64,000 nucleotides of DNA from Amoebidium appalachense (taxonomy: Eukaryota > Protista > Ichthyosporea), in contig CAVNZM010000004.1 of assembly GCA_963693365.1 (NCBI GenBank), positions 2,812,389-2,876,388 on the forward strand, read 5' to 3'. A program made the position numbers and the translations under genes. Positions 1 to 13,494 of the stretch are shown here, in pieces. The stretch's first letter is position 1, and the number at the start of each line of letters is the position of its first letter. The notes under the pieces are model-generated. The model ran no database searches, was not told the origin of the DNA, and saw only the letters and a list, made by a program, of their open reading frames with translations.

Positions 1-1
1 C

Positions 2-709
2 ATTGTCAGGGAGAGAGCGCGCCGGGCGGAGGAAGCCGCGGAAATCGAGAGAAGGAATGCGGCGGAAAGGGAAGGAAGAAAATTAGCCAGTGAGCAGGGG
101 GAGGGGGGGGATAAAGGGGAAGAGCGAACTGTCGAAACGGTGAAAAGGGAAGTGGATTATGGATTGGAAGAGGAAATTTCAAAGGAAGATTCGCAAATTC
201 GGACGGAGGTCCCGTATAGGGTCTGGACGGAGGCAGTGGGGTTGGGATCTCGGGCGTTCAATTTGGCTTTGGAGGACAGGGCGGCCGCGGAGGATCTTAA
301 TGGTGCTATTGAAATTTTCAACGCAATGAGGAAATTGGGAGATATGAGTGATGGTTCCGCCGAGAAGTCGACGAAAGAGATGACTTTTGGGGAGATGGCA
401 GACCAACTGATGAAACCCCCCGGGAGACCGAACAAAGATACGTTTAGAATTTTACTGGGGATGTGTCTGGGGAGGCCGGGTATGGGGTTGAATGGGAAGG
501 GAGGTACGGGGGGTTTTTTAGGGACAAAGGGGGGTTTTACGAATGAGAAAGTGGAGACGGGGATGCAAGTTTTGAAGTGGATGGAGGAGCTTGGGATTAA
601 AAAAACCCCAAAATTGATGGATATGGAGGTGCAAATCAAGCGGATGCACGCCCTGATGGGGTTTGTGAATGCGAATATGGCAAAGGCAATGCAAAAGAGG
701 GGCTTTTAG
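2..709 (+). CDS. C-terminal exon of a pentatricopeptide-repeat-like helical protein (5' truncated by window)
   Basis: The frame is open from position 2 to TAG at 707-709. PPR-like helices: AFNLALEDRAAAEDLNGAIEIFNAMRKLG and RPNKDTFRILLGMC...VETGMQVLKWMEELGIK. Confidence 0.55.
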   Translation: MVRERARRAEEAAEIERRNAAEREGRKLASEQGEGGDKGEERTVETVKREVDYGLEEEISKEDSQIRTEVPYRVWTEAVGLGSRAFNLALEDRAAAEDLNGAIEIFNAMRKLGDMSDGSAEKSTKEMTFGEMADQLMKPPGRPNKDTFRILLGMCLGRPGMGLNGKGGTGGFLGTKGGFTNEKVETGMQVLKWMEELGIKKTPKLMDMEVQIKRMHALMGFVNANMAKAMQKRGF

Positions 710-1342
710 TCGGGGGAGGGGAGAAGAGGGGGGTTTGTCATGAGAGGTGAGCTTTCGTTTTGCATTGGTGGACGTGTGGGTTGGAGGGGGGGGGGGGGGT
801 TGGAGGGGGGGGTCTTCTCAAATTCAGAATGACTGTTTGTGTATTTTCCCGTCGCTCCCCTCTCGATGTTTTGCAGGAAAATGAAGCAGTGGGGAGATGT
901 GTGGGTATGTAGACGAATTGAAGCAACCAATTGCAACTCTCTGATGCAGTAAAGAGATTCTCTGTCTCGACCGGGTTTGTATTGGATGATGGCAATATTG
1001 GTTTTATGATCTTGGGGTTAGGGATGTTACTAATCTGACTACTGGTAACGCATACTGGGAAATGTTGCTTTGGCTTTCTTGTGAAAGCAGCAAGTAATGT
1101 TGTTCTTTTGCATGTAACTACGAAAGCAATCGAAAGCAGAACCCTCACACTCTAGTTAAATGTTTTTGCCTTCCATGATTGTAAGTTGCATGTATGATTG
1201 CTATGTATGATTGAATCCGTCTGTAAAACAATCTATCGATTTCACGAGTATTACTCCATCATCATGAGGTATCATCAGTAAACAGATCTCGAAACCGTGT
1301 AACCTACAGCTCCGGGCCTTCAACGTTTTTGGCCGCAGTTAT

Positions 1343-1390
<48 letters not shown>

Positions 1391-1514
1391 ATATGTGTAT
1401 CCCGTCATTCATTATCATGACATCATGATATGGTATGTGGTTGGATGCATTCAATCTTATGAGAAGCCGGGGCCTACGAAGTCACTATTGAGCTACACGG
1501 CACTGCCAAAGACG

Positions 1515-1566
<52 letters not shown>

Positions 1567-1637
1567 CTTACATACACACAATGGTACCTCCACTAGGCAC
1601 GTGCACCTGCCGACCACAAACTACATGTGCATGTGTT

Positions 1638-1668
<31 letters not shown>

Positions 1669-1888
1669 CCCCTCCACCACCCCCCACCACACACATGCAC
1701 GCACACACACAACTGCCCGACAGCCATCCACACGCACACAAACCAACCGCCTTTCTGCATTTCACCACATTCAGTGTCTAACTTTCACACACGTGGCCTA
1801 CTTTCCTACTTCAACAAAACACGTGTATCACTTGACCCTTCACATAATGAACTACCATTCATAAAATCAAGCGATCTGTCATCTATTT

Positions 1889-2172
1889 TCAACTCGTCGA
1901 GGTGGTTGTGTTTTCGGAAAAACCAAGGTTTTGCCTCAATCTCTCCATCACCCAATCGGCTGTGCGGAACCACTGCGTGCCCGGATGGAACTCTAATCGG
2001 TGCCGTTTTGAACCAATCGAATCGGCCGGTGCAATCACGTGTAGATGCAGGTGCCCAACACTGAAGAAGGGCGGCCAGTGGAATCCGAGTCTGTGTGTGT
2101 GTGTGGGGGGGGGGGGGGGGGGGGGGGGGGGAGGGGGGGGGGGGGAGGAGGGGGGAGGGGGGGAGGGTAAGT

Positions 2173-2205
<33 letters not shown>

Positions 2206-2254
2206 AAGTCGTCACATTTAGTTGTGGTGGTGGTGGCGGCGAAGTATGTGTGTT

Positions 2255-2295
<41 letters not shown>

Positions 2296-2433
2296 ACTCT
2301 CTCACTCTCTCTCACTCTCTGTCTCTCTCTCTCTCTGTCTCTCTCTCTCTTTCTCTCTCTCTCCCTCCCCCCCCCCCCCCCCCCTCTCTCTGTGTGTATG
2401 TGTTGCACGTACTTACATGGGGCATGTGGAGAA

Positions 2434-2496
<63 letters not shown>

Positions 2497-2743
2497 TGGG
2501 GGGGTTGACTGTGTTACAAAAACTCGCGACCGGAAAGTGTAAAAAAATACAGATTTCTGAGACTAGAAAATCAAGAAGGATGTATCCTCAAAAGCAGAGC
2601 TGATTCGCCGGGCATATTCACGTGCATAAACAGTAAATCGGTATCTACGGCTGCAAAGTGCACAAAGAGTATGCATCATAGGAAGAGCCCATAGGCAAGA
2701 GGTCATCTACAAACCGTACAGACACGCACAAACGCGCAAGTGT

Positions 2744-2816
<73 letters not shown>

Positions 2817-5091
2817 CACACACACGCACGCACGCACGCACGCACTCACTCACGCACGCACGCGCACACACGCACGCACGCACACACACACACACGCACG
2901 CACGCACGCACACACACACGCGCGCGCGCACACACACACACACACACACAAATGAAAGCGTGGCAAAAATGGTACGATAAGAGGAGAAGGACAGGCCCAT
3001 TCAAGAATGTCACCAAATGCGGACTGGCAGGCCCCCCCTCCCCCTACCCCCTCCCCCCCCCTCCCCCCACACCCATCCATTCACCCAACCCCCCCCCCGG
3101 GGGAGGGAGGAGCGGGAGGGGGGTTGTTATTGTTGCCAAATTCACACTTGGCTGCATGGGACAACAAACCATATGGACCTAGCAGAAGCATGGCCCAAGA
3201 CTTTCCTCCGTCTCCCCCAAACCCCCACACACACTCTCAGTTTTTCTCCCCTCCCCCCGTCCCTACCTCCTCCCCTAATTCCTTTCTTTCCTTGCATGTG
3301 TGTTGTTCTGTGCGTATGTCACATGTGCCATCAAAGGACTTGGTCCCAGGGGCGGAGGGGAAAAGGGGGCGAGAGAGAGAGAAAGAGTGTGTGTGTGTGG
3401 GGGGGGGGGGGGGGGGGGGAGGGGGGGGAGGGGGGGGGAGTGCAAACCTTGCATTGACTGGATCATATCCATCCTTCTGCAACAACTGTTCCCCCACACG
3501 AACCATATGTTGCACTGCCCATTAACACCCGCTAACAGTCACCATCCACCACTGCAACGGATATAACCCCCCCCCCCCCCCCCCCCCTCCCCTTTCCCCC
3601 CTCCCCCCCCCTCCCCCCCTCCCCCCGTCGGGGTTGTCCACGACTGGGCCCATAACCTCCTTGGACATTCTTCTTCCTTTATTGGGTTTTGGCAGAATAC
3701 TCTTCCACTCACCCTCGTTTTTACACCAACATGCTCTTTAGACTGTTATCCCGTCATTCCTAACCTCCCCTTCCTCTCACCCTCTCCCTTTTCCTCTCTG
3801 CCACACCTTTTCCCCAATCTCTCTCCCTCCTCTCTCTCCCCATCCCTCCCTTTCTCCCCCTTCCCCCCCCGCTACCCCCCATTCCCCTTTTTCACCTTCT
3901 CCGCCCCTCCCCCCCCCTCCCCCCGGCGGAGCCCCCTCCCCCCCCCCCCCCCCTCCCCCCCCCCCCCAACCTTGGTGCCAATCCCCCTCTTCCTTCCCTT
4001 CCTCTGCCCCCTCTCTCACGCTCCTGCCCCACCCACCCACCCTTCCCCCGATCCCTATCCCCCCCCTCCCTTCCCCCCTCCTTCTTCTCCCCTCCGTGCC
4101 CCTTCCCCCCTCCCCCCTCCCTCGTTCTCTCTCTCTCTCCCACCCCCCCACCCGTCCACCCCCCCCCCACCACCACCACCACCGCCACCACCACCATCTC
4201 CCTCCCTCCCTCACACACACCTTGTCTCTTCCCCCCCTTCCCCCCTCCGCCCTCCTTCTCACTCTACGCACACTCACTATTCTCTTCTGCCCGAATCAAT
4301 ACCTCCCCTCCGCCCCCCTCCCCCCCTACCCCCCCTTCTCCTCTCTCCCTCCGATATACGATCAGGAGATGGGGGAGGAAAACATTTCCAGATCATGGTA
4401 TGAGCTGAGGGAAGGCTGGCACCTACATAGTGCATAGTCGTCCGCCGATTTCAGCATCTTCGCATGCTTGATGTGTGCAAGAGGCACCACCAGATAGTGT
4501 GCCGGGGCTACAGGTGCCTTATCAACGAAAGCTGCCACCTTATCATCCTGGGTGGGAAAATGCATAAACAAGTGCACAGGTCGTTTGCTAGTTGGTTGAG
4601 CGGAAGGGGGGAGGAGGGGGGGGGAGGGAGGGGGGAACGAAAGAGGAAGAAGGGGCGGGAGCGGGGTGGGGGAAAGGGTGGGGTGGATGTCTGTTAGGGT
4701 TATAGGTTGAGACTGTGCGAGTCAGCGTTTAGCTGTTTGCGTCCGTGTATCCTTGGGTCTGAGTGTGTGCTTTTGTGTGTGTTGTGTGCGTGTGGGTGGG
4801 TGTGCCTGTGTATCTGTGCGTATGAATGAACAACTGCACATTCGCGCTCAACAAGCACCCAGGTATATTCGAGGGTAACAGCTTTGTGCACACTAGCGTG
4901 GGCGTCGTGGATCATCATGCACTTGATCCCAACTTCATTGGTGTTGTGGCGCACATCGCAGTGGATCTAAATCAGGGTATGTATACACGCACCTTGTACA
5001 CCACACGGTCAGTCTCCTTGTTTGTACCCTCACCTACTATTTGGCAGAAAACGCACTTAGACTCTTCCTCCCGCTTGTCGCTTTTCCCCAT
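1889..5091 (-). CDS. HINT3: HIT-family nucleotide hydrolase, HINT3-like, 4 exons
   Basis: Exons 5091-4993 ([19 protein letters not shown]...), 4547-4427 ([26 protein letters not shown]), 3514-3448 and 2090-1889 ([22 protein letters not shown]). All junctions are GT-AG with compatible phases. CxFC, the HxHxH triad and GFHWPPF are typical of HINT3. Confidence 0.92.
2745..2950. repeat. (CACG)n/(CA)n compound microsatellite in HINT3 intron 3
   Basis: Directly visible cgca/ca tandem arrays. Confidence 0.9.
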
Positions 5092-6294
5092 GGCTCTACG
5101 ACTAACCAGAAATGTTCACAGGAAAGGTTGAAGCACAACAGTGCTGGGTTGAATCAAACACCTGGCGAGTGGTCCAACTCGGTGTTATAGCTGGGAAATC
5201 CTAACATAATGACAGTTTGAATCTATTGTGACATAGCAGCCAACTGTTTCCTGTCTCTATATCATTATACAGAATGCTATGCTGTTCACGATGGAGAGCC
5301 TGCAAAACATGTGAAATTGAACCGTTGACACTAGTGCGGCCAAAATGGTATGGTGTCGGACATCGTAGACTGACCCATCCGGATCCGGAAAAATAGATCC
5401 TATAAATTTCGCGATCCAATAACTTGCCCGCAGTCTATCCCATTAGACTCTCATCAAGGGCTACACGCGCACCTCCCTTTTGAATTACGAACCCTGGTGA
5501 CGGTATGCCGAAAAAGGTATTAGAATCCCCCGACACCCGGTATGTGGGGCGTATGATGTAAAATAAGTTTTTCAAATTTCAGACCAGTTTAGGTACATTA
5601 GCAGATGATCATGATTAGCTCAGCCGCACCAAGAAAACTCCTTACACACATAAAGCTGATATGCAGTTGAGGCCAGTATATTAATCTTTTATAACTGTGT
5701 CTGGGATATAGAGGTTTTGATCATCAAAATCACATACTACATGTGCATGATATTAGTCTATTAGAGAGCTCAAATTTAAATTTAAGTATATATATATGTA
5801 TACAGTGAATTAACGTCGCTGAAGTTCGAACCTAGAGTCACTGTACCCTAAGGAATTACAGATAGATGTATATACGTTGTTAAACTTTTTTTGATATATG
5901 ATTCCAATGATTCTTTCTTGTGTGCGCAGCCTACTAATAAACATATATTCAAATGCAACCTCCATACTAGGCCCGGTAGGCCGCCGCCACCCAGGTTCAG
6001 GGGATTTGAGATATATTGGAACACCCCAAAGGGAAAAAGTATCGGGAGAAACAAACAGAAGAGTCTTGGTAGACCATTCATGTGCTAGCATCTGTGATGG
6101 CGCGAAACATGACCAATCGCTAACTTACTCGTTTAAACTTATTTAGCAACAACCGTTTGGCAACACCCCGGATATGTATGCAGATTTCTCCAATGCATAC
6201 ATGCAGCATAGGACACTGCATAGTCATTTCCTTGCTCCCACCGCTTTAAAATCTACATAATATAAATACTAATATAGGATTTATATCCCTGATT

Positions 6295-6439
6295 TTGATA
6301 TTCACGAAAGTTCATGTGCAGCTGAGCGACAAAGGAATGCACGGTGAGCAGCTGCTACAATATAAATACTAATATTTGACATTCACGAAAGTTCATGTGC
6401 AGGTGAGTGACAAAGGAATGCACGGTGAGCAGCTGCTAC
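6295..6439. repeat. ~81 bp tandem duplication in the HINT3/glycogenin divergent intergenic region
   Basis: ttga(t/c)attcacgaaagttcatgtgcag(c/g)tgag(c/t)gacaaaggaatgcacggtgagcagctgctac occurs twice. Confidence 0.85.
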
Positions 6440-6552
6440 CGTATTTGGCTACGCCTCATCCAATTAAAAACAAATTTCCGAATTTGTGCCGAGTATATAA
6501 AGCCAAGCCAACTTATTCCAACATCCAGTTTTTGTTCTGTGCAAACACCAAG

Positions 6553-7440
6553 ATGTCTGGAAAAGGTAGGACGTTTCGTTTCTGTATTGTCTTTTCTTTT
6601 ATCTCCCTTTTAGTTGTTATTGAGTTACATCTTTTCTTCTATGTTTTCTTTGGCTGCTCACATTCCATAATGACTAAACAGTGTTCTCGTAGCTTTGTCT
6701 CTAGTCCCTTACCCCTGGTATCAATTTCCAGCGTAAAGTGGAAGTCGTGTTTCAACCCTCTAACACGTTTGTTGTGGCAGTGTACGAGGCATACGTGACC
6801 CTTGCGGCCACCGACGAGTATGGCCTGGGTGCTGTGGTGCTGGCCCACTCCCTCAAGGAATCGGGCACACAGCGCATGTTGGTGTGTATGATCACAGACA
6901 GGATCTCGGCTCACACCAAGTAAGATCTCTCATCCCTATTCTTCCATCTCCTCTCCTATGTCCCACTCTCCCCCTTTCGCTGCCCCCCCCGCTCCCTTTC
7001 CCCTCCCCCCTCGGCCCCAGCTGAATACACTCAAAACCCCATTCTTCACCGGCTCACATGTTCATCCCCGGGGTCGGCCACTCCCTGTGAGCCGTTCTTT
7101 GGGCCATCCGTTGCCCTCTCTCTCCTGTATTCCTGCAAGTTCTCTTCGAGCTTTATTGCTTTCTCTGTTGAAACGTCCGCGTAATCGTCCGCGTTGCGTG
7201 AAGTACTTGTCATTGCATTTTTTTCTAATCTGAAAAGATGGCTGCTTGTTTAGCACCTATTCACATTCTCACACGTTCTGGCAAAAAAAAGCAACACAGA
7301 AAGAACGGCTGAAGTCTGCCTGTAAACTGAGCACGGAAACATTCTTTGTCGCTTTCATGGTTCTCCAAATGTTGTAAATAAGCCCAAATCCGCTTCGCCT
7401 TTACCGCAAAAACTGCCCATCTGCCGTCAGAATGCACACA

Positions 7441-7491
<51 letters not shown>

Positions 7492-9223
7492 TGCACTAAG
7501 CAATATATCCGTCACACCTGTTCAAACGGAGAACCAAACGAGAAGACACGGGACTCACGTACTCAATCCGGCAACTCAGATTCCTTCTTACCATGCACAT
7601 CTAAAGCCACGAACATGGAAGACAGGAAGGCAGGTGTTTGTTTGCCGTTCATGTTCTGTACCCTTCCATGCAGCTAAACCATACAGAGAACCCTACCATA
7701 ACCTAGTAGTGCCTATATTCTTTCTATTCTTTCTTTTCCTTACACATCACCTTCCATTTCTTACATGTTTTCCCAGGAGCCAGCTAGAGAGCGTTTTTGA
7801 CGAGGTGGTTGCTGTGGACGAACTCAACAGCCACGACAGCGTCAATCTTGCCCTGCTGTGCCGCCCAGAACTGGGCATCACATTCACGAAAATCTTTGCT
7901 TGGCGTCTGACAAAATACACAAAGTGTGTGTTTATGGATGCCGACACACTTGTGATCAAGAACATTGACGATGCATTTTCGAGGGAGGAGCTCTCTGCTG
8001 CCCCCGATGTGGGCTGGCCTGACTGCTTCAACTCGGGCGTGTTTGTGTTTGTGCCCTCAATGGACACTTTCCAGAAACTCGTGCAGTTCTCTCAGACCCA
8101 GGGATCCTTCGATGGTGAGATTTTCGTGAATGTAGTCCCCATTGGGGGTTGGGGTCGGGTTTGTAAATTTGGGTTTTTGGAGGAAAAGGGGGAGGTGGGT
8201 GAGTGGGTCAGTAGGGTTGAGGGGGATCGGGGGGGGGGGAGGGGGGGGGGAAGCAGAGGATGAGTCGACATCTGCGGGATAGTGGATCTACGGGCAAACT
8301 TGAAGATGAGGGAACGGGTGTGGTGTTTGGGTAAGAGTGGAGGACGGGAAGGATTTTCAGCGAGCGTTTGGCAGTGAGTGTGAGAATGCAATTGGATGCT
8401 AAGGAGTGTGAGGATACACTGATGTACCTGATAAACCGGCTCAGGTGTTGGGAAGTGTGGTAATGCTGGTAGTGGTGAGGCAACATGGGGGGAGGGGGGG
8501 GGGGGGGGGGGGGGAGAAGTCACTCCGCGAGCAGAAGTTGACCTGGAGGAAATGGGAGGGAAAGGGGAACGTTGTTTTTTCTTTGTGTGACCTAGCTCTA
8601 TTTTGTCTTTCCTTTCTATCGCAATCACGCAACCTCCTTTCCTAGTCCCTCTGTGCATAGCTTGTAGCCCAGCTGAGGACTTGATGGTTTCTATGTCTTT
8701 CAGGCCTACTATAACCGAGTATTTTAAAAGAGCCCCACGATTCACCCGTGCACACTTTCAATGCACCCATCCACACACATGTACACCAAGCACAACCACA
8801 CATGCACGAGGTCCCAAGCACTCCCACTCTGGAAACCAGCTTGCATCTATCTTCTTTCTGCCACACCATCCCCACTCCACTCCTTCCTTCTTCACCAATG
8901 CATATTCATGTGCATAAATCGGTTAGGTATACATTCTGAAGCCGATAAAAGATGGACCCCCCCCCCCCTCTCCTCCCTCCCCTCCCCCCTACCCTGCCCT
9001 CCCCTCCTCCCCCTCCCCCCCTCCGGCTAGAAACTTGGTAGTGTGAATCGCAGGGGATGGGCTCTGTGTATGATACATGTCATTTGTATATATTAACAGC
9101 CCACCCCGTCCACCCACCCCCCCACCCTCCAAAGACTCCTCCCCTATATCTGCGTTGTGTAGCATCCCACTTGATAGTTGCTATCAGTTATCTATACAAC
9201 ATACTAACCCCTCCCCTTGCCCC

Positions 9224-9271
<48 letters not shown>

Positions 9272-10246
9272 TCTCTCTTCCCTCCCCCCCCCCCCCCCCT
9301 TACCCTCTTTCTCCAGGTGGTGACCAGGGTCTTCTAAACGGCTATTTCAGTGACTGGGCCACAGCAGACATCAAACGCCACCTTCCGTTTGTATACAACC
9401 TCAACGCCAACGCAACATACTTCTATGCGCCTGCATACAAGCAGTACGGGCACCTTACACGTGTGGTGCACTTTATTGGTGCCGGTAAACCCTGGCATTG
9501 GGCCAGAGACGCGGAGGGAAATGTTTTGGTGGATCCTGAGGCTGTCCCCCACTCCATTGAGCATATTCGCATGTGGTGGGCTACACTCGATCGCCATGTC
9601 AAGGACTTTGTATGTCTTACTCCTTTCCCCGTCCCCAACACCACAAACGCAAACACTCACACACACACACACACACACACACACAACACACACACACAGA
9701 GAGCGAAGAGAGAAAGAGACGCAGACAGACACACGCGACCCCTTCCCCGCCTGTCACCTTTTCCCTCCCCATCCCCCCCCCCCTCCCCTTTTCCCCCCAT
9801 CAAGTTGTCTATCGTGTATTTGCACTTGGCACTCTGTGGCACATTCTTCCCCCCCCCCCCCCCCCCCCCCCCACGGGGGCCCCGCCTCGCCCGTACCCCC
9901 CCCCCCCCCCCCCCCCCCCCTTTTCACACCCACTTTCCCAAAATCTACAGACATGCACATGAACCACTCGTACTCCCTCCCCTCCCCCCTGCCTCCCCCC
10001 CCCCTCCCCCCCCCCCCCCCCCTCCCCCCCCCCTCAGACACGCAAAAGTACAATGCAGGCAGCGATGTATGGGGACCGTGCATATCCTGAAAAGGACCCA
10101 CCCCTCGTGTAGTTCCTGACAGCAAAAATGCCTTTTCGCGTGTTCTCATGTGTGTGAGAGTAAGGGGGTGTGTCCGTCCCTTTATGTTGATGGGGACAGG
10201 GGGACAGGGGCGCTGACGTGTCCTTGGGTGTGTGTCTCTTTTTGTG

Positions 10247-10281
<35 letters not shown>

Positions 10282-10489
10282 ATTTTGCGTGATGAATCGG
10301 GTGGAGTTTATCTTTGTATATATTTTCCATATTCACTACAAGATTTCAGTTTCTAACCCCCCCCCCCCCCCCCCCCTGCCCGCCCTTGCCCGCCCCAGCC
10401 CCCCCCACCACCACCGCCGCCACCAAAGGTGTTCTTTGCACTGTGCATGGCATTGTTCTCCTTCTTCTTCCTTTCGTTTTTCCCCCCTT

Positions 10490-10532
<43 letters not shown>

Positions 10533-10892
10533 ACCCCACACACACACACACACACATACATGTCACACACACACACCACCTTCCTATTTTTTCTAGACGG
10601 CCAGCAGCTACGGGATCAAGTCAGTGGGCACTGGTGGGTTCAGCACCAAGTGGACCGGGGGTGTGGCCGTGCACGGGGTGGCCGGCTCTGGGCGCACAGT
10701 ACCTGAGCCCCCCAGGAGACAGGCTTTGCCGCTATCCAGTCTCGTATTGACTCATTGATGGGGTCTGCACCGGCCAACTACTACTATACGGTGGGCGGTG
10801 TGCCATTATAATATTACGTTCGTGTAATGTGTGTGTGTGTTGGGGGAAGGTGGGGAGGGTGTGTGGGTGGGTGGGTGTTTTTTTTTTTTTTT

Positions 10893-10923
<31 letters not shown>

Positions 10924-11042
10924 CTTGCCTCTGTCCCTGGCTGACGATATTGGCTGCCATGTAGACATACTGGTGTATGCTCTGTCTGCTGTTTGTGAGT
11001 GTGGGTTTTTTGTTTTGTTTTGTTGGGGGTTTTTTTTTTTTT

Positions 11043-11074
<32 letters not shown>

Positions 11075-11484
11075 GGGGAGGGGAGGGGAGGGGGACATTG
11101 TCTGGAAACGTACACCCAGAACCATAGGGAACACCCCATTCGTTTGGGTTACACTGTCAGATATCTTTCGGAGGGGTTCAATTTATTCGCGATTATGACC
11201 ATGCAGCTCTCCATGACACTCGTCTTGTTGTTGTGTACGTGAAGATATTGCTTGAGTTCTTTGCACAGAATCGTATAGTAGGGGCCTTCATAACGGCGCT
11301 GAGCCTGGTGCACGCGGGCGTGTGTGTGTGTGTGTGTGTTTTTTTTTGGGGGGGGGGGGGGGGGTAAACTTAATCTGTTATGTGGCTGCAGGATGTGGCC
11401 GATGGGACCGGGGCTAAGCTCATTGCCAGCGCAGACCAGAAGATTGCTGCGGCAGCACAGAAGGTCGAGGAGGACCAGGAGTAG
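6553..11484 (+). CDS. GYG1: Glycogenin (GT8 self-glucosylating glycogen primer)
   Basis: Exons 6553-6565, 6781-6919 ([19 protein letters not shown]), 7777-8114 ([10 protein letters not shown]...VFMDADTLV...[16 protein letters not shown]...GSFD), 9317-9609 (GGDQGLLN...LPFVYNL...TYFYAPAY...[11 protein letters not shown]), then probable exons 10597-10790 and 11392-11484 (TAG). The DxD motif and the autoglucosylation-site Tyr context are conserved. The last two exons are less certain. Confidence 0.9.
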
Positions 11485-11779
11485 ATATACACGAGATATA
11501 CTTAATGTGCATGCAGATACATTTTTGCATCGAGTAGATATACTCGGGATATACTCAATATACATGCATATATTCTTGAGGGGTCTTTAACAAGGGACAT
11601 AATGCTCTTTTTTTAGGTTATAGAGTTTTGTTCTAGTACTAAAGGCTAACAGTAACCCCATCTTTAGGTGGTCTGTAGAAATAGTATTAGAATACAGCAA
11701 AGGCGCTGTGCATCAAAATTTAATAAAGGCACGTATAGTATTATAGTTTGAGTAACGGTTCTCAGTATGCTAATGGATT

Positions 11780-11818
<39 letters not shown>

Positions 11819-11892
11819 ACCACCACCACCACCACCGGCACCACCACACCCCCATCCCCCCCCCCCCCCCCCCCCCCCATCCCACGTGCACC

Positions 11893-11925
<33 letters not shown>

Positions 11926-13188
11926 CGTCCCCCGGAGTCCGAATCCCAGATGTCCTTCACTTGCCTCAACTTTGTTGGGATCATAGCAATCCTCAGTCCC
12001 CCCCCCCCCCCCCCCCCCCCCCCCACCACCACCACCACCACCACCACCACCACCACCACCACCGCCGCCGCCGCCGCCGTATCACCACCGGGGAATGCAT
12101 ACACATCGATCGAGGCAGTGACTTTGGGGCGACGGTCCCGGGTGGGCCAGGTTGAGCCCTGGGGGCCTGAAGCTGTTGCCATGGATGAAGTTCCGAACAA
12201 CTTCGAACTCGATCGTTGAAATGTTTCAATTGAATTATCATGCATGAAACGGACCGGGCATTGGCTAATATATATGATAGTATGAATATTACATAATAAT
12301 ATATTGGAGTGTTCTACAATAGTACTAAGTATGTACGTCGGGGTGGCCGTTGAAGGCCACAAGTGACCAGTGCGCTACGGTATGTCAACGGGCCGGCCCG
12401 GGCCCGGCCGCGGTGAGCCGTTCAGCCGTTGTGCGCGCGACCGATCAGTCGCGGCCTCACTTATTAGTGTGCTGAGGCTGTGACTTGAACTGCGAAGAGT
12501 CACCTAATGGCAGTGTATGTCTGCATATGCATATGATGATTTTACTTTTGTTACATTTCAGAACGTAACATGTATTTATGTCATATATATGTATTAGTTC
12601 TATTTTTGGAGGTCTGTGTGGCAACGTTGAAACATTATCAGCCACAGCTGCACGGTGCAACTCAGCGAAGACTCTGGCGCAAAACTCACCATTTGTCACA
12701 GCCTAGTTTCGGCTCTTCCTATTGGTTCTTATACATTGAGCGCGGGATAATCCGATTGGGTTCTGCTAAAAAACCAATGGAAGGAACCAATCATATGACG
12801 CAGCTCTTGACGAGCCGCCTAGATTTTAGTGTGGCTTTTGCGGCCTTGTAGATCCACAGGAACAGAACGTGAAATTTGATATTTTTTTGTGCTCATCGGG
12901 ATCATAATTACAAAAGCCAGAAGTGAATGTAGAGATCACGTAGCTAGTTTTTGCGGAACCAGTGTGCAGTGTCCCGAAATTACTACATGTTATTATTTTT
13001 CATTTAGAACTATTGAGCCACCTACACCATTATATATAGCTACAATAAGACGTTGGGCGTGCATAGCCGCTTATTTCCAGCTTATAAAGCCCCCTAATGG
13101 CGGCAATATTCCAGATTTTACCGAAAGGTGGTTTAGGTTCACGGATTTTCAGACGATGACGATCTACTTTCCTGTATGAAACTGCGGG

Positions 13189-13196
13189 TATAAAAG
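13189..13196 (+). promoter_or_regulatory. Putative TATA box (TATAAAAG) upstream of the beta-helix gene
   Basis: Consensus TATA ~300 bp before ATG 13495, with a cluster of CCAAT/ATTGG boxes at ~12720-12792. Confidence 0.35.
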
Positions 13197-13494
13197 CAAC
13201 ACTCCTTTTAGCTGCATGTGGTCAGTTCGCACTAGCCGCACGCACCAACCAAACACAAACGTGGCCAAGAAGCTGACTGTTTCGAACGCAAATGTGGACT
13301 GTAGCTTCCCCATGTTAGAACACACACTATCGTTCTCTTTTTGAATTGAACAAAGCACTTCCGTTTCTTCTCAATCTTCCTCCCTTTCTTTCTTTCTTTA
13401 TTTATTTCTTTTTTACCTTATTTACACTCAAGTTACAGTCGTTGTCCAGTATTCGTAAAACTCGACCGTGCTCCTTGGGCCACATTTCGGCACC

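Noticed and set aside
4826-4975. Coding-looking stretch inside HINT3 intron 1 ([15 protein letters not shown]... on the minus strand)
   Set aside because: HINT3 exons 1 and 2 join in frame into a complete domain without it, and it has no recognisable motif or clear donor.
5810-6091. AT-rich 93 aa minus-strand ORF between HINT3 and glycogenin
   Set aside because: No ATG-anchored domain or motif recognised. It may be a TE remnant but this cannot be supported.
10038-10120. Extra glycogenin exon after the ccctcag acceptor
   Set aside because: All three frames reach stops within ~85 nt and no convincing in-phase donor was found.
12368-12455. GC-rich palindromic cluster (gggccggcccgggcccggcc) as a transposon terminus
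   Set aside because: No matching second terminus or TSD was found in the window.
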